Shown here: positions 1 to 9,911 of the stretch, piece by piece | Layout of the letters: each line of letters opens with the position of its first letter | Numbering within the stretch: position 1 is the stretch's first letter | NCBI GenBank assembly: GCA_049430665.1 | Contig: JBMTCG010000003.1 | Location: 28,022-92,021 of the forward strand | Direction of reading: 5' to 3' | Origin: Flavobacteriales bacterium | Lineage (GTDB): Bacteria > Bacteroidota > Bacteroidia > Flavobacteriales_C > GCA-002722245 | Length of the DNA stretch: 64,000 bases | Translations under genes and position numbers: made by a program | Notes under the pieces: model-generated | What the model was told of the DNA's origin: nothing | The model's database searches: none | The model's input: only the letters and a program-made list of their open reading frames with translations

Positions 1-974
1 TGCCACAATCCGCTTAAGGAAAAAGTAACGATAGCTGCAAAAACCACAGCGTACTTACCCCATTCTCTCTTGTTGGTAGCTATTGGAGTAAACAAGTAAT
101 CGGCAAACCATGTATTTAAAGAGATGTGCCACCTTCTCCAAAAAGATGCAATAGATTTTGATAGATATGGGAGGTTAAAATTCTTCATTAAATTGAAGCC
201 TAGAATTCTAGCACTTCCAATAGCCATATCAGAATAACCAGAAAAATCGCAATAAATTTGAATGGCAAAGAAGACAGTAGCAATGATGACTGGAAAACCT
301 TCTGAGTTGTAAGGATTGTCGTAAACTGAGGCTACATAAGGCGCCAATCTATCGGCAATAACAGCTTTTTTAAACAAACCAAAAGCAATGAGTTTAGCAC
401 CCGAAACTGCCTTGTTGTAATCGAAAGTTTGCGGTTCTTTTAAATGTGGTAATAGGTGGTTGGCTCGTTCAATAGGGCCAGCTACAAGTTGTGGAAAGAA
501 GGAAATGAATAAGGAGAAATACCCGAAATGCCGCTCTGCTTTAGTGTTGCCTCTATACACATCTAGGGTGTAACTTAGCGATTGAAATGTATAGAAGGAA
601 ATACCAACAGGAAGCAAGATATCAAAATCGGGAAAAGCAGTTTTAATGTTGAACCAACCTAAGATGTTTTCGGTCGATTCTCCAAAAAAATTGAAGTACT
701 TAAAGAAAAACAACATGCCTAAATTGGAGAGAATGCTAATGAACATCCATCTTTTCTTTAAGCTTTTTTCTTTGCTTTTTTCAATTTGAATGGCGCAACA
801 GTAATCTACTATGGTGGAATATAGAAGTAAAAAAATGTACTTTACATTCCAGCACATGTAAAAGAAATAACTAGCTGCGAGCAAAAAAATCCATCTTTTT
901 TTAGATGGTAAAGCATAATACAATGCAAATACAATTGGGAAAAATAGAAAGTATTCTAAAGTATTAAATTGCAT
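1..974 (-). CDS. MBOAT family membrane-bound O-acyltransferase (AlgI/DltB-like), 3' end truncated by window edge
   Basis: Reverse-strand translation from ATG at 974 gives MQFNTLEYFLFFPIVFALYY..., multi-pass hydrophobic, with the MBOAT motifs FYTFQSLSYTLDVYRG, FFPQLVAGPIERA and WRRWHISL. The ORF runs off the window start. Confidence 0.8.
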   Translation of the reverse strand, partial: MQFNTLEYFLFFPIVFALYYALPSKKRWIFLLAASYFFYMCWNVKYIFLLLYSTIVDYCCAIQIEKSKEKSLKKRWMFISILSNLGMLFFFKYFNFFGESTENILGWFNIKTAFPDFDILLPVGISFYTFQSLSYTLDVYRGNTKAERHFGYFSLFISFFPQLVAGPIERANHLLPHLKEPQTFDYNKAVSGAKLIAFGLFKKAVIADRLAPYVASVYDNPYNSEGFPVIIATVFFAIQIYCDFSGYSDMAIGSARILGFNLMKNFNLPYLSKSIASFWRRWHISLNTWFADYLFTPIATNKREWGKYAVVFAAIVTFSLSGLW

Positions 975-985
975 TGCTTAAACTA

Positions 986-1351
986 TTATCTCTGCTGGTG
1001 GGCGCTTTTAATCTTACCGTACACTCTTTCGTAATCGTTACATTTTTTGGCTAAAACGGCTACTACTTTAATTTGAAGCTGGTCGCTTTTCGGATTTTCT
1101 TTATCTATCTCTTTGCCCTGTTCGCCGCTTTTGTGACTTTCCATAATGGCAGCCTGATTTTTAGCGATAGCCTGATTAAGGCAGCTGTTGAATTCAACTT
1201 TTATTTTGGTGGCAGAAAGGGTGTCGGTATTAATTTTTTTCAAACAGATGCATGCCGTGTCGGCAATAACATCTTCGAGTAATACTTGTGCGTTAAGGTT
1301 TGTGCATACACTTAAAAGCAGCGTGAAAGTCAATAAGAAAAATGTTTTCAT
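986..1351 (-). CDS. small secreted protein, unknown function (signal peptide, several Cys)
   Basis: 121-aa ORF with N-terminal MKTFFLLTFTLLLSVCTNLNAQ signal-like segment. No recognisable domain. Divergent from glmM. Confidence 0.4.
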   Translation of the reverse strand: MKTFFLLTFTLLLSVCTNLNAQVLLEDVIADTACICLKKINTDTLSATKIKVEFNSCLNQAIAKNQAAIMESHKSGEQGKEIDKENPKSDQLQIKVVAVLAKKCNDYERVYGKIKSAHQQR

Positions 1352-1466
1352 TTTAATAAATTTAAATTTTTACTTCAGCAGAAAAGTGTATCGAAATCCC
1401 AAATTACTGACCAAAAGTGGTTAGTCCGACTAAAATAGTTATTTTTAGCACGCAAAAAATTTTACA

Positions 1467-2855
1467 ATGACATTAATTAAATCAATTTCGGGAATTAGAG
1501 GAACGATTGGCGGACCGGCAGGTAACGGCCTAACACCTTTAGATACAGTTAAATTCGCAAGTGCATACGGTACTTGGGTGAAACAAAACAGCAAGAAAAA
1601 TAAAGTGAAAATCGTGTTGGGTAGAGATGCAAGAATCTCTGGTCCGATGATTAAATCGATAGTGATCTCTACTTTACAAGGTTTGGGCATCGATGTAATC
1701 GATTTAGATTTATCTACAACCCCAACTGTTGAAGTTGCCGTAGTTGATTTACATGCCGATGGAGGTATAATTCTTACCGCTTCTCACAATCCGAAACAAT
1801 GGAATGCCTTAAAATTATTGAATTCTAAAGGAGAATTTATCAATAGTGAAGATGGTGCAAAGGTTTTGGCTTTGGCCGAAGAAGAAGCTTTTGAATATGC
1901 ATCGGTAGATGATTTAGGTACTGTAATTAAACATGAAGGTGGTTTTATTCCCGAACATGTTAAACATATTTTAGCGCTTCCTTATGTTGATGTGGAGGCC
2001 ATTCGCAAAGCAAAATTTAAAGTGGTGGTTGATGCCGTAAATTCTACTGGTGGTATTGCGGTCCCTTTCTTGTTGAAGGCTTTGGGCGTAACAGATGTAG
2101 TAGAAATGTACTGCGAACCCAACGGTATTTTTCCTCACAACCCAGAACCATTGCCAGAACATTTAACAGAAATTTCTGCAACAATGGTTTCTCAAAAAGC
2201 AGATATTGGTATAGTAGTCGACCCAGACGTGGACCGTTTAGCCATGGTTTGCGAAGATGGTTCTATGTTTGGCGAAGAGTACACTATTGTTTCTATTGCT
2301 GATTATGTGTTGTCGATGAAAGCTGGTAACACCGTTTCTAACTTATCTTCTTCTCGTGCTTTGCGCGATATTACCGAGGCTAGGGGTGGAGTGTATAACG
2401 CAGCTGCGGTGGGTGAGGTGAACGTGGTGAACAAAATGAAAGAAAACAATTCGGTGATTGGTGGTGAAGGTAATGGTGGTGTAATTCTTCCTGAGTTGCA
2501 TTACGGCAGAGATGCCTTAGCGGGTATCGCCATTTTCTTAACGCAGTTGGCTAAAACCGATAAAACGGCTTCACAACTAAAAGCTTCTTTTCCTCAATAT
2601 TATATCTCTAAAAACAAGATAGAATTAACGCCAGAAATCAATGTTGGTTTGATTTTAGAAAAGATGGCTGCGAAATATGCCAGCGAAGATATTAGCACTA
2701 TCGACGGAGTGAAAATCGATTTCCCTAAAGAATGGGTTCACCTTCGTAAATCGAATACAGAACCTATCATTCGTATTTATTCTGAAAGTGCCGATAAAAC
2801 CACTGCCGACAATTTAGCGAACAAAATTATTGCAGACATTAAAGCTTTGATATAA
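1467..2855 (+). CDS. glmM: phosphoglucosamine mutase (phosphohexomutase family)
   Basis: 462 aa. N-terminus MTLIKSISGIRGTIGG is typical of Bacteroidetes GlmM. Active-site serine loop ILTASHNP and metal-binding loop DPDVDR are present. Confidence 0.8.
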   Translation: MTLIKSISGIRGTIGGPAGNGLTPLDTVKFASAYGTWVKQNSKKNKVKIVLGRDARISGPMIKSIVISTLQGLGIDVIDLDLSTTPTVEVAVVDLHADGGIILTASHNPKQWNALKLLNSKGEFINSEDGAKVLALAEEEAFEYASVDDLGTVIKHEGGFIPEHVKHILALPYVDVEAIRKAKFKVVVDAVNSTGGIAVPFLLKALGVTDVVEMYCEPNGIFPHNPEPLPEHLTEISATMVSQKADIGIVVDPDVDRLAMVCEDGSMFGEEYTIVSIADYVLSMKAGNTVSNLSSSRALRDITEARGGVYNAAAVGEVNVVNKMKENNSVIGGEGNGGVILPELHYGRDALAGIAIFLTQLAKTDKTASQLKASFPQYYISKNKIELTPEINVGLILEKMAAKYASEDISTIDGVKIDFPKEWVHLRKSNTEPIIRIYSESADKTTADNLANKIIADIKALI

Positions 2856-3965
2856 TTGAAAGTTTACCTCGATAACGCCGCTACAACACCCCTCGCTGAA
2901 GAAGTGATTGGTGAGATTTCTAGTGTAATGCGTTCTCATTTTGGTAATCCTTCGTCTATTCACCAACAAGGTAGAGACGCTAGGGCTTTGGTGGAAATGT
3001 CGCGCAAGAAAATTGCTACTTTTATTGGTGCGCAATCTTCTGAAATTGTTTTTACATCGGGTGGAACTGAGGCCGATAATTTGGCTATTCACGCCGCTAT
3101 TCGCGATTTAAAAGTGCAGCATATCATTTCTTCTGCTATCGAACATTCTGCGGTGTACAACACTTTGCGTAAATCTCACATCGATGTTCATTGGGTTAAA
3201 ACCAATAAGCAAGGTGAAGTTGATATCAATCATTTGCGTGAATTGTTAGAGAAGTTAGAAGGTAAAGTATTGGTGAGTTTAATGCATGTAAACAATGAAA
3301 TTGGAACGGTGCTGCCAATTCAAGAGGTAAGTTTGTTGTGCAAAGAATTTGGTGCTTTTTTTCATTCTGATACGGTACAGAGTATCGGACATCTTCCTAT
3401 CAATGTGAAGGAAATAACTATTGATTTCATTACTTGTTCGGCACATAAAATTCATGGTTTAAAAGGAGTTGGATTTCTATATACGAATAAGAGAAATAAA
3501 ATAGGTGCGCAAATTATTGGTGGCGGACAAGAGCGCGATATTCGCGGGGGGACAGAGAATGTGTTGGGAATTGTGTCGATGGCGAAAGCGCTTTCATTGT
3601 GCAATATCGAAGAAGAAGCTAAACATGCTCAATCTTTAAAAGATAGATTGTACAATGGTCTTAAAGCTATTTACAACGATGATTTAAAAGTGAATGGAAG
3701 TCTACAAAACGCAACTCCTTACGTGTTGAATGTTTGTTTGCCTGCCAAGCCGAACGCATCCATGTTGTTGTTTAATCTCGATTTAGAAGGCGTTGCTGTT
3801 TCAGGCGGTAGTGCATGTTCATCTGGAAGTCACAAGAGTTCAAGAGTTCTTACCGAATTGGCTATTGATGAGAGTCAGCCCGCCGTTCGTTTTTCGTTTA
3901 GTAGATATAATACAATAGAGGAGATTGATTTTGTGTTGGAAATACTTCAAAAGATTTACGCATGA
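2856..3965 (+). CDS. cysteine desulfurase family protein (class V aminotransferase, NifS/IscS-like)
   Basis: 369 aa. YLDNAATTP start region, PLP-lysine motif SAHKIHGLKGVGFLY, catalytic Cys loop SGGSACSSG. TTG start directly after the glmM stop. Confidence 0.75.
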   Translation: MKVYLDNAATTPLAEEVIGEISSVMRSHFGNPSSIHQQGRDARALVEMSRKKIATFIGAQSSEIVFTSGGTEADNLAIHAAIRDLKVQHIISSAIEHSAVYNTLRKSHIDVHWVKTNKQGEVDINHLRELLEKLEGKVLVSLMHVNNEIGTVLPIQEVSLLCKEFGAFFHSDTVQSIGHLPINVKEITIDFITCSAHKIHGLKGVGFLYTNKRNKIGAQIIGGGQERDIRGGTENVLGIVSMAKALSLCNIEEEAKHAQSLKDRLYNGLKAIYNDDLKVNGSLQNATPYVLNVCLPAKPNASMLLFNLDLEGVAVSGGSACSSGSHKSSRVLTELAIDESQPAVRFSFSRYNTIEEIDFVLEILQKIYA

Positions 3966-4723
3966 AAATCACCTTCCTTGGCACCGGCACCTCTCAAGGT
4001 ATTCCAGTAATCGCATGCGGTTGCGAGGTTTGTACTTCTTCAAACCCTAAAGACAATCGATTGCGCGTTTCGGTGATGATTGAGGTAGATGGAAAAAATA
4101 TCGTGATAGATTCTGGTCCCGATTTTCGCCAACAAATGTTGCGCGAAAATGTAAAAACGCTCGAAGCTGTTGTTTTTACGCACGAGCACAAAGACCACGT
4201 TGCCGGCTTAGACGATGTTCGCGCTTTTAATTATTTCTCGGGCAAACACATGAATGTGTATGCCAACGAGCAAGTTCAAGTAGCTTTAAAACGCGAGTTT
4301 CATTATGTTTTTTCTGGAGAAAATTATCCGGGTATACCTAGGATAAATGTGCATACTATTGATACAGCCCCATTTGAAGTGAGTGGCGTAAAGTTTATTC
4401 CCATTCAGGTGTTGCATTACAAATTGCCTGTGCTCGGATTTCGGGTAAATGATTTCACCTACATCACCGATGCTAATTTCATTTCCGACGAAGAAATAGA
4501 AAAAATAAAAGGCACAAAAGTTTTGGTTTTAAATGCGCTGCGCCGCGAAAAACATATTTCACATTTCACTTTAGAAGAAGCCTTAGAGTTGGTGAAAAAG
4601 ATAAATCCCGAGAAGGCATACTTTACGCATGTCAGTCACCAATTAGGATTACATGATGAAGTAAGTAAAGAACTACCCGCTAATGTGGAGTTGGCATATG
4701 ATGGGTTGGTGGTGGAAATGTAA
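3962..4723 (+). CDS. MBL-fold metallo-hydrolase
   Basis: 253 aa. HxHxDH metal-binding motif (THEHKDHVAGL). 4-nt ATGA overlap with the upstream desulfurase suggests an operon. Confidence 0.65.
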   Translation: MKITFLGTGTSQGIPVIACGCEVCTSSNPKDNRLRVSVMIEVDGKNIVIDSGPDFRQQMLRENVKTLEAVVFTHEHKDHVAGLDDVRAFNYFSGKHMNVYANEQVQVALKREFHYVFSGENYPGIPRINVHTIDTAPFEVSGVKFIPIQVLHYKLPVLGFRVNDFTYITDANFISDEEIEKIKGTKVLVLNALRREKHISHFTLEEALELVKKINPEKAYFTHVSHQLGLHDEVSKELPANVELAYDGLVVEM

Positions 4724-5023
4724 ATTCCGCTTAATATATTTTCCTAATAACTTGAATTTTAGCAGAATATTGAATTTTATTCACCTGTAAATCAGCTTGT
4801 TGTGAAATATTTTTAATTAATCTATTAATCTTATAGACTTTAATATATATTTGCAATCGAATTTTTGTATAAATGAATTTAGTATTAATAAATAGTAATA
4901 TGTCTTTAATTGCAGTGAAAGCAAGAGTTCTTGTTTTTGCTAGCGACTTGGTTTGCTGTTGTTGTTTCAACTAGCAATTCAATTAATTAATATTTATTAC
5001 TCTATTAAATCAGTATACTAAAA

Positions 5024-6415
5024 ATGAAAACAATAATTAAGTCGGGGAAGGGTAAAGGCTTATTACTTATTATATCTTTATTCAGCACAGTTCTGTTCGG
5101 ACAAGTTGATTCTGCCAAGGTTCCTGCTAGGATAAGTGATTCAATTAAAGTAGAGTTGACATGTGTTTTGATTCCTCAGGTGAGCTATTTTCCTCCAATC
5201 GATACCACTTCAACTTCTATAAATATCTCTTTCGAATACCGTCCGCGCACAGAATTACGCAATGGTTTTCGTCAGCTAAGAAGTGACACGACAACGGCAG
5301 CTATTTTCACTTCACATCGTGCACGTTTGAATTTTGATATTCAAAAGAAAAGATTTGCCGCCGCTTTATCGATACAAGATATTCGCACTTTCGGTGCTGC
5401 CGATCCAAAATCGAACGCAGGAACCATTCAAGTGTTTGAAGCATGGGCAGAGCCATTTTTTACTGAACACCTTTCTTTAAGAATAGGAAAACAAAGATTC
5501 ATGTTGGACAACAATCGCTTGTTTGCGCAAAACGATTGGCGAAACAATGGTGGTACGCACGATGCTGCAAAGTTAATTTACAAAAAGAACAAAGTAGAAT
5601 CGCAATTGCTTTTCGCCTGGAACCAAAGTACAGAAGGGAATTATTTTTCCAATTTCAGTCCGGTTGGATTTAACAATTACAAATCTCTTTTGGTGGGTTA
5701 TCTTCAATTGAAATCGAAAAATGAAAAGTTGATTTTTAGCACCACCAATTATTATGAAGGTTTTCAATATGGTAAAAATGGTGCGCATCAAAATTTTAGA
5801 TACACCAATGGCGGACGATTAAAATTTCAAGATAAAAAGTTAGAAGCGGTGGCAATGGGATTCATTCAATGGGGCCACAACAATGTAGGCAAAAGATTAT
5901 CTGCATTTTACTACCAAGCAGAAGGAAGTTATGTCATAAAGTACTTTAAGCTATTGCTTGGTGCCGAATTTAAAAGTGGCAATAGAGCAAATACCAACGA
6001 TTACGATCGTGCTTTTCAATATCCTTATGGCGTAGCGCATTCTTTCAATGGAGCTATGGAATATTTTGCCAACGGTTTCGCTGGTTCGGCAAATGATTTT
6101 GGTTTAATTAATCCTTATTTAGAATTGAGTAAAGTAATCAAGAGTAAACTAAAAATTGCTCTTAGAAATCATTTGTTTTATTCTCAACATTTGGCTTACA
6201 ATAAAACCTACGCACCAAGTAAGTATTTAGGTGTTGAAAGTGATTTCAATTTAACCTACTATCCAAATGGCTATACTAAAATTGATTTAGGTGTTTCTGC
6301 TTTGAAAGCAAGTAAATCAATGGAGTTTATTAATGCGGGTAGCGCCAATTATTTGTCCTACTGGACTTACCTGCAAGCCACCTTTACACCTCAAATATTT
6401 TCCAATAAAAAGTAA
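5024..6415 (+). CDS. outer-membrane beta-barrel porin, likely phosphate-selective, first gene of pst operon
   Basis: 463 aa. Signal peptide (LLLIISLFSTVLFGQ). Alternating hydrophobic/aromatic pattern typical of OM barrels and a C-terminal aromatic-rich end. Stop is 1 nt before the pstS start. Confidence 0.5.
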   Translation: MKTIIKSGKGKGLLLIISLFSTVLFGQVDSAKVPARISDSIKVELTCVLIPQVSYFPPIDTTSTSINISFEYRPRTELRNGFRQLRSDTTTAAIFTSHRARLNFDIQKKRFAAALSIQDIRTFGAADPKSNAGTIQVFEAWAEPFFTEHLSLRIGKQRFMLDNNRLFAQNDWRNNGGTHDAAKLIYKKNKVESQLLFAWNQSTEGNYFSNFSPVGFNNYKSLLVGYLQLKSKNEKLIFSTTNYYEGFQYGKNGAHQNFRYTNGGRLKFQDKKLEAVAMGFIQWGHNNVGKRLSAFYYQAEGSYVIKYFKLLLGAEFKSGNRANTNDYDRAFQYPYGVAHSFNGAMEYFANGFAGSANDFGLINPYLELSKVIKSKLKIALRNHLFYSQHLAYNKTYAPSKYLGVESDFNLTYYPNGYTKIDLGVSALKASKSMEFINAGSANYLSYWTYLQATFTPQIFSNKK

Positions 6416-6416
6416 A

Positions 6417-7385
6417 ATGAAGACTTTAGTTAGATACATATTGTTGTTTGTTGTTGCACCCTTGGTAGTGTTTTCTTCTGCATGTTTTTTTGGCGAAGAA
6501 AAGAAGCCTGATCCATCGGGCTTAGAAGGTTCTATCACTGTTTCAGGTGCTTTTGCTCTGTATCCTTTAATGGTGAAGTGGGGAGAGGAGTTTAGAAAAA
6601 TTCATCCCAACGTAAAGTTCAATATTTCGGCAGGTGGCGCTGGTAGAGGTATTTCTGATGTGATAGGTGATTTGGGTGATTTAGCTTTGGTGTCGAGAGA
6701 TTTAAAAGGTCCGGAAAAAGATAAAGGCGCATATCCCATTGCTGTCACCAAGGATGCTGTGTTGCCTGTTGTGAATTCATCTAATCCCAACATCAACGAA
6801 ATTTTGCAACGCGGCATTTCTAAAGAATCTTTCTATAAATTGTTTGTTGAAAATTCGGTAAGCGATTGGCAACAATTGGGATTTTCCATTTCTTCTAAAA
6901 TGCATGTTTACACACGTTCTGATGCAGCAGGCGCTGCCGAATCGTGGGCTAAATATTTAGGCAAAAAACAAGAAGATTTAGAAGGTGTAGGCGTTTTTGG
7001 CGACCCTGGTTTACTGCAAGCGGTGCTTAAAGATGTTAATGCTGTGGGCTACAACAATATTGGTTATGTTTTCGATTTAAAAACAAAACAGCCTTTGCAA
7101 GGAGTGAAAATTATTCCTATCGACATTAATGGCGATGGTGTGCTAGATGCCAGCGAAAATTTTTATTCTAATCTCGATTCTTTGTTGAATGCTATAAGCG
7201 TTGGTAAATATCCTTCGCCACCTGCGCGCGATTTGTTTTTTGTTACGCATAACAAACCAACCAATAAGTTGTTGGTGGAGTTTATTAAATGGGTATTAAC
7301 TAGCGGACAGCAATATGTGGCTTCAAGCGGTTATGTTACTTTTTCTAAAGAAAAGTTAGAAGAAGAATTAGAGAAATTAAAATGA
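6417..7385 (+). CDS. pstS: phosphate ABC transporter substrate-binding protein
   Basis: The ORF-track entry starts at 6333 inside the porin gene. The in-frame ATG at 6417 gives the lipoprotein-type start MKTLVRYILLFVVAPLVVFSSACFFG. PstS-like SGAFALYPLMVKWGEEF...NISAGGAGRGI. Confidence 0.8.
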   Translation: MKTLVRYILLFVVAPLVVFSSACFFGEEKKPDPSGLEGSITVSGAFALYPLMVKWGEEFRKIHPNVKFNISAGGAGRGISDVIGDLGDLALVSRDLKGPEKDKGAYPIAVTKDAVLPVVNSSNPNINEILQRGISKESFYKLFVENSVSDWQQLGFSISSKMHVYTRSDAAGAAESWAKYLGKKQEDLEGVGVFGDPGLLQAVLKDVNAVGYNNIGYVFDLKTKQPLQGVKIIPIDINGDGVLDASENFYSNLDSLLNAISVGKYPSPPARDLFFVTHNKPTNKLLVEFIKWVLTSGQQYVASSGYVTFSKEKLEEELEKLK

Positions 7386-7395
7386 TTTTTGCTTC

Positions 7396-8289
7396 ATGAA
7401 TATTAGATTACTAAAAGATAAAATTGCGGGTAGAACAATGCTTCTGTTGACTATACTCTCCATCCTCATCGCAGTTTTGGTTGCTTGGGGATTGTTTTAT
7501 CGTTCACTTCCTTTACTCGAAAATTACTCACTAAGTGATTTGCTTTTTTCTTCGGCTTGGAAGCCCGAAAAAGGAGAGTTTGGGTTCTTGGGTTTTATCA
7601 TGGGAACGCTTTGGGTAACAGCCATCGCCATTATTTTAGCTTTGCCTTTATGCTTGTTGGTGTCTATTTATTTAAGTGAATATGCACATCCGCGTTTAAG
7701 AAAATTCATAGTGCCGGTGGTCGATTTACTGTCGGGAATTCCTCCAGTACTTTTTGGCGTATGGGGTGTACTATTTATCATTCCATTAATTCAAGATCAT
7801 ATTGCTCCCAACTTTGTAGAGAACTCTGCAGGGTATAGTGTTTTGGCTGGAGGAATCGTGTTGGCAATTATGATTTTCCCTTTGCTCATCACTTTATTTT
7901 TAGAAGTGTTTTCTGCCGTGCCTCGTGATATGCTAAATGCATCTTTATCATTGGGGGCAACACCTTGGCAAACAGTAAAAAAAGTGTTGTTGAAGAAAGC
8001 AATGCCTGGTATGATTGCTTCAACGGTATTGGCTATTTCACGCGCCTTTGGCGAAACCATTGCGGTGCTAATGGTGTGTGGTGGAAATGTGCCAAGTATC
8101 CCTCATTCTGTATTCGATTCGGGTTATCCTTTGCCAGTGCTCATTGCCAATAATTTTGGTGAAACTTTTTCAGTTCCATTGTACGACTCGGCTTTGCTTT
8201 TTGCAGCGCTCTTGTTGTTTGTTATTATTTTCATTTTTAATGCGATCTCTCGAATTATTTTGGTTCGAGTAAAGAAAAAAATTGAGTAA
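7396..8289 (+). CDS. pstC: phosphate ABC transporter permease
   Basis: 297 aa, 6-TM permease with EAA-like loop (SRAFGETIAVLMV). Sits between pstS and pstA. Confidence 0.8.
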   Translation: MNIRLLKDKIAGRTMLLLTILSILIAVLVAWGLFYRSLPLLENYSLSDLLFSSAWKPEKGEFGFLGFIMGTLWVTAIAIILALPLCLLVSIYLSEYAHPRLRKFIVPVVDLLSGIPPVLFGVWGVLFIIPLIQDHIAPNFVENSAGYSVLAGGIVLAIMIFPLLITLFLEVFSAVPRDMLNASLSLGATPWQTVKKVLLKKAMPGMIASTVLAISRAFGETIAVLMVCGGNVPSIPHSVFDSGYPLPVLIANNFGETFSVPLYDSALLFAALLLFVIIFIFNAISRIILVRVKKKIE

Positions 8290-9136
8290 GATGAAAGCTA
8301 AAAATATAGAAGAAGGTTTCTTTAAAATCTTAATGATTATTTCTGCCTTTGTAGTGGTGGGAAGTTTCTTTTTGATTGTAGGTACCATAGTGGTTAAAGG
8401 TGCGCCGGCTATGAGCTGGGATTTAATTACCAAAGTTCCCTCAGGCGGATTTTTTCTAGGGGGAGAAGGAGGAGTGTTGAATGCTATTATTGGGTCGTTT
8501 TATATTGCTGCAGGTTCTTCGTTATTGGCTTTACTCATTAGTTTGCCAGTGGTGATTTACATTAACGCATATCTTCCAAAACGTTCGTGGTTGGGTAACT
8601 TAACACGAATGGGTTACGATGTTTTGTTTGGTATTCCATCTATCGTTTACGGCGCATTTGGCTTCACCTTGATGATGTATTTGGGTATGCGTTCCTCTTT
8701 GTTGGGCGGTATCATCGCTGTTACTTTATTGGTGATTCCCATCATGATTAGAACGATGGATGAAGTGATTCGCACTGTTCCAAATGAATTGTATGAAGCT
8801 ACTTTTTCTTTGGGAGCAACTCGTTTAGAAACAGCTTGGGTAATATTAAAACAAGTGGCGCCTGGTATTATGACCGCTATTTTATTGGCTTTTGGTAGAG
8901 GTATTGGCGATGTCGCTTCGGTAATGTTTACAGCAGGGTTTAGCGACAATGTTCCTACTTCTTTGAACGACCCAACTGCCACTTTACCTCTGGCTATTTT
9001 CAATCAGCTGAGCAGTCCGTACGAAGAAGTTCGCTCTAAAGCCTACGCCTCAGCATTAATACTCACCATCTTCGTTTTAATCATTAGTGTTTTAGCAAGA
9101 TTATTAAGCAAAAGATTTTCAAAAAATAAAGTATGA
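8282..9136 (+). CDS. pstA: phosphate ABC transporter permease
   Basis: 284 aa TM permease (LAFGRGIGDVASVMFTAGF). Overlaps pstC and pstB by a few nt. Confidence 0.8.
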   Translation: MSKMKAKNIEEGFFKILMIISAFVVVGSFFLIVGTIVVKGAPAMSWDLITKVPSGGFFLGGEGGVLNAIIGSFYIAAGSSLLALLISLPVVIYINAYLPKRSWLGNLTRMGYDVLFGIPSIVYGAFGFTLMMYLGMRSSLLGGIIAVTLLVIPIMIRTMDEVIRTVPNELYEATFSLGATRLETAWVILKQVAPGIMTAILLAFGRGIGDVASVMFTAGFSDNVPTSLNDPTATLPLAIFNQLSSPYEEVRSKAYASALILTIFVLIISVLARLLSKRFSKNKV

Positions 9137-9897
9137 CACCAGTACAACCTCATATTAGTGTTCAAAATTTGAACCTGTATTATGGCGCCAATCACGCCTT
9201 AAAAAATATCAGTATCGATATTCCTGATAAAAAAGTGACTTCATTTATCGGACCGTCTGGTTGCGGAAAAACAACGCTTTTGAAAACCTTAAACCGTTTG
9301 CATGATTCGGCTTTAGAAGTAAAAGTGGAAGGTAAGGTGTTGTTAGATGGCGAAGATATTTATGCCAAAGGAGTAGATGTAACTGCCATTAGAAAAAAGA
9401 TGGGCTTGTTGTCTCAACGTCCTTTTCCTCTGCCTATGTCGATTTACGATAACATCGCTTACGGTCCGCGTATTCACGGCGAAAAAGACAAGCATAAACT
9501 CGACCACATGGTAGAACAGTATTTGAAAGATGTGGCATTGTGGGATGAGGTGAAAGATAGATTGAAAGCACCTGCTTCACGTTTGTCTATCGGACAACAA
9601 CAAAGATTATGTTTGGCTCGCGGTATTGCTGTTTCTCCCGAAATCATTTTGGGTGATGAACCAACCTCTGCTTTAGACCCTGTTTCTACCCAAAAAATTG
9701 AAGAGCTTTTTCTTCAATTGAAAGAGAAATACACCATTGTTTTGGTAACGCATATTTTGCGTCAGGCACGAAGAGTATCTGATTATTGTGCCTTCATTTA
9801 CATGGGCGAAATCATTGAATTTGCGCCAACAGAACAATTGTTGTTAGACCCTAAAGAGAAATTAACGAAAGAATATGTAAGAGGATTTTTGAGTTAA
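9133..9897 (+). CDS. pstB: phosphate ABC transporter ATP-binding protein
   Basis: 254 aa. Walker A GPSGCGKTT, ABC signature LSIGQQQRLCLARG, Walker B ILGDEPTSALD. Confidence 0.9.
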   Translation: MTPVQPHISVQNLNLYYGANHALKNISIDIPDKKVTSFIGPSGCGKTTLLKTLNRLHDSALEVKVEGKVLLDGEDIYAKGVDVTAIRKKMGLLSQRPFPLPMSIYDNIAYGPRIHGEKDKHKLDHMVEQYLKDVALWDEVKDRLKAPASRLSIGQQQRLCLARGIAVSPEIILGDEPTSALDPVSTQKIEELFLQLKEKYTIVLVTHILRQARRVSDYCAFIYMGEIIEFAPTEQLLLDPKEKLTKEYVRGFLS

Positions 9898-9911
9898 TTA
9901 AAGTCTACTGA

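Noticed and set aside
4731-4970. 79-aa minus-strand ORF in the AT-rich region upstream of the porin/pst operon
   Set aside because: It lies in a 300-bp AT-rich intergenic leader. The composition-driven ORF is I/K/Y/N-rich with no features, so it is more likely promoter/leader sequence.
6333-6416. Upstream extension of the pstS ORF (track start 6333) overlapping the porin gene
   Set aside because: The extension overlaps the porin's C-terminus in another frame. The in-frame ATG at 6417 gives a canonical lipoprotein signal peptide right after the porin stop.
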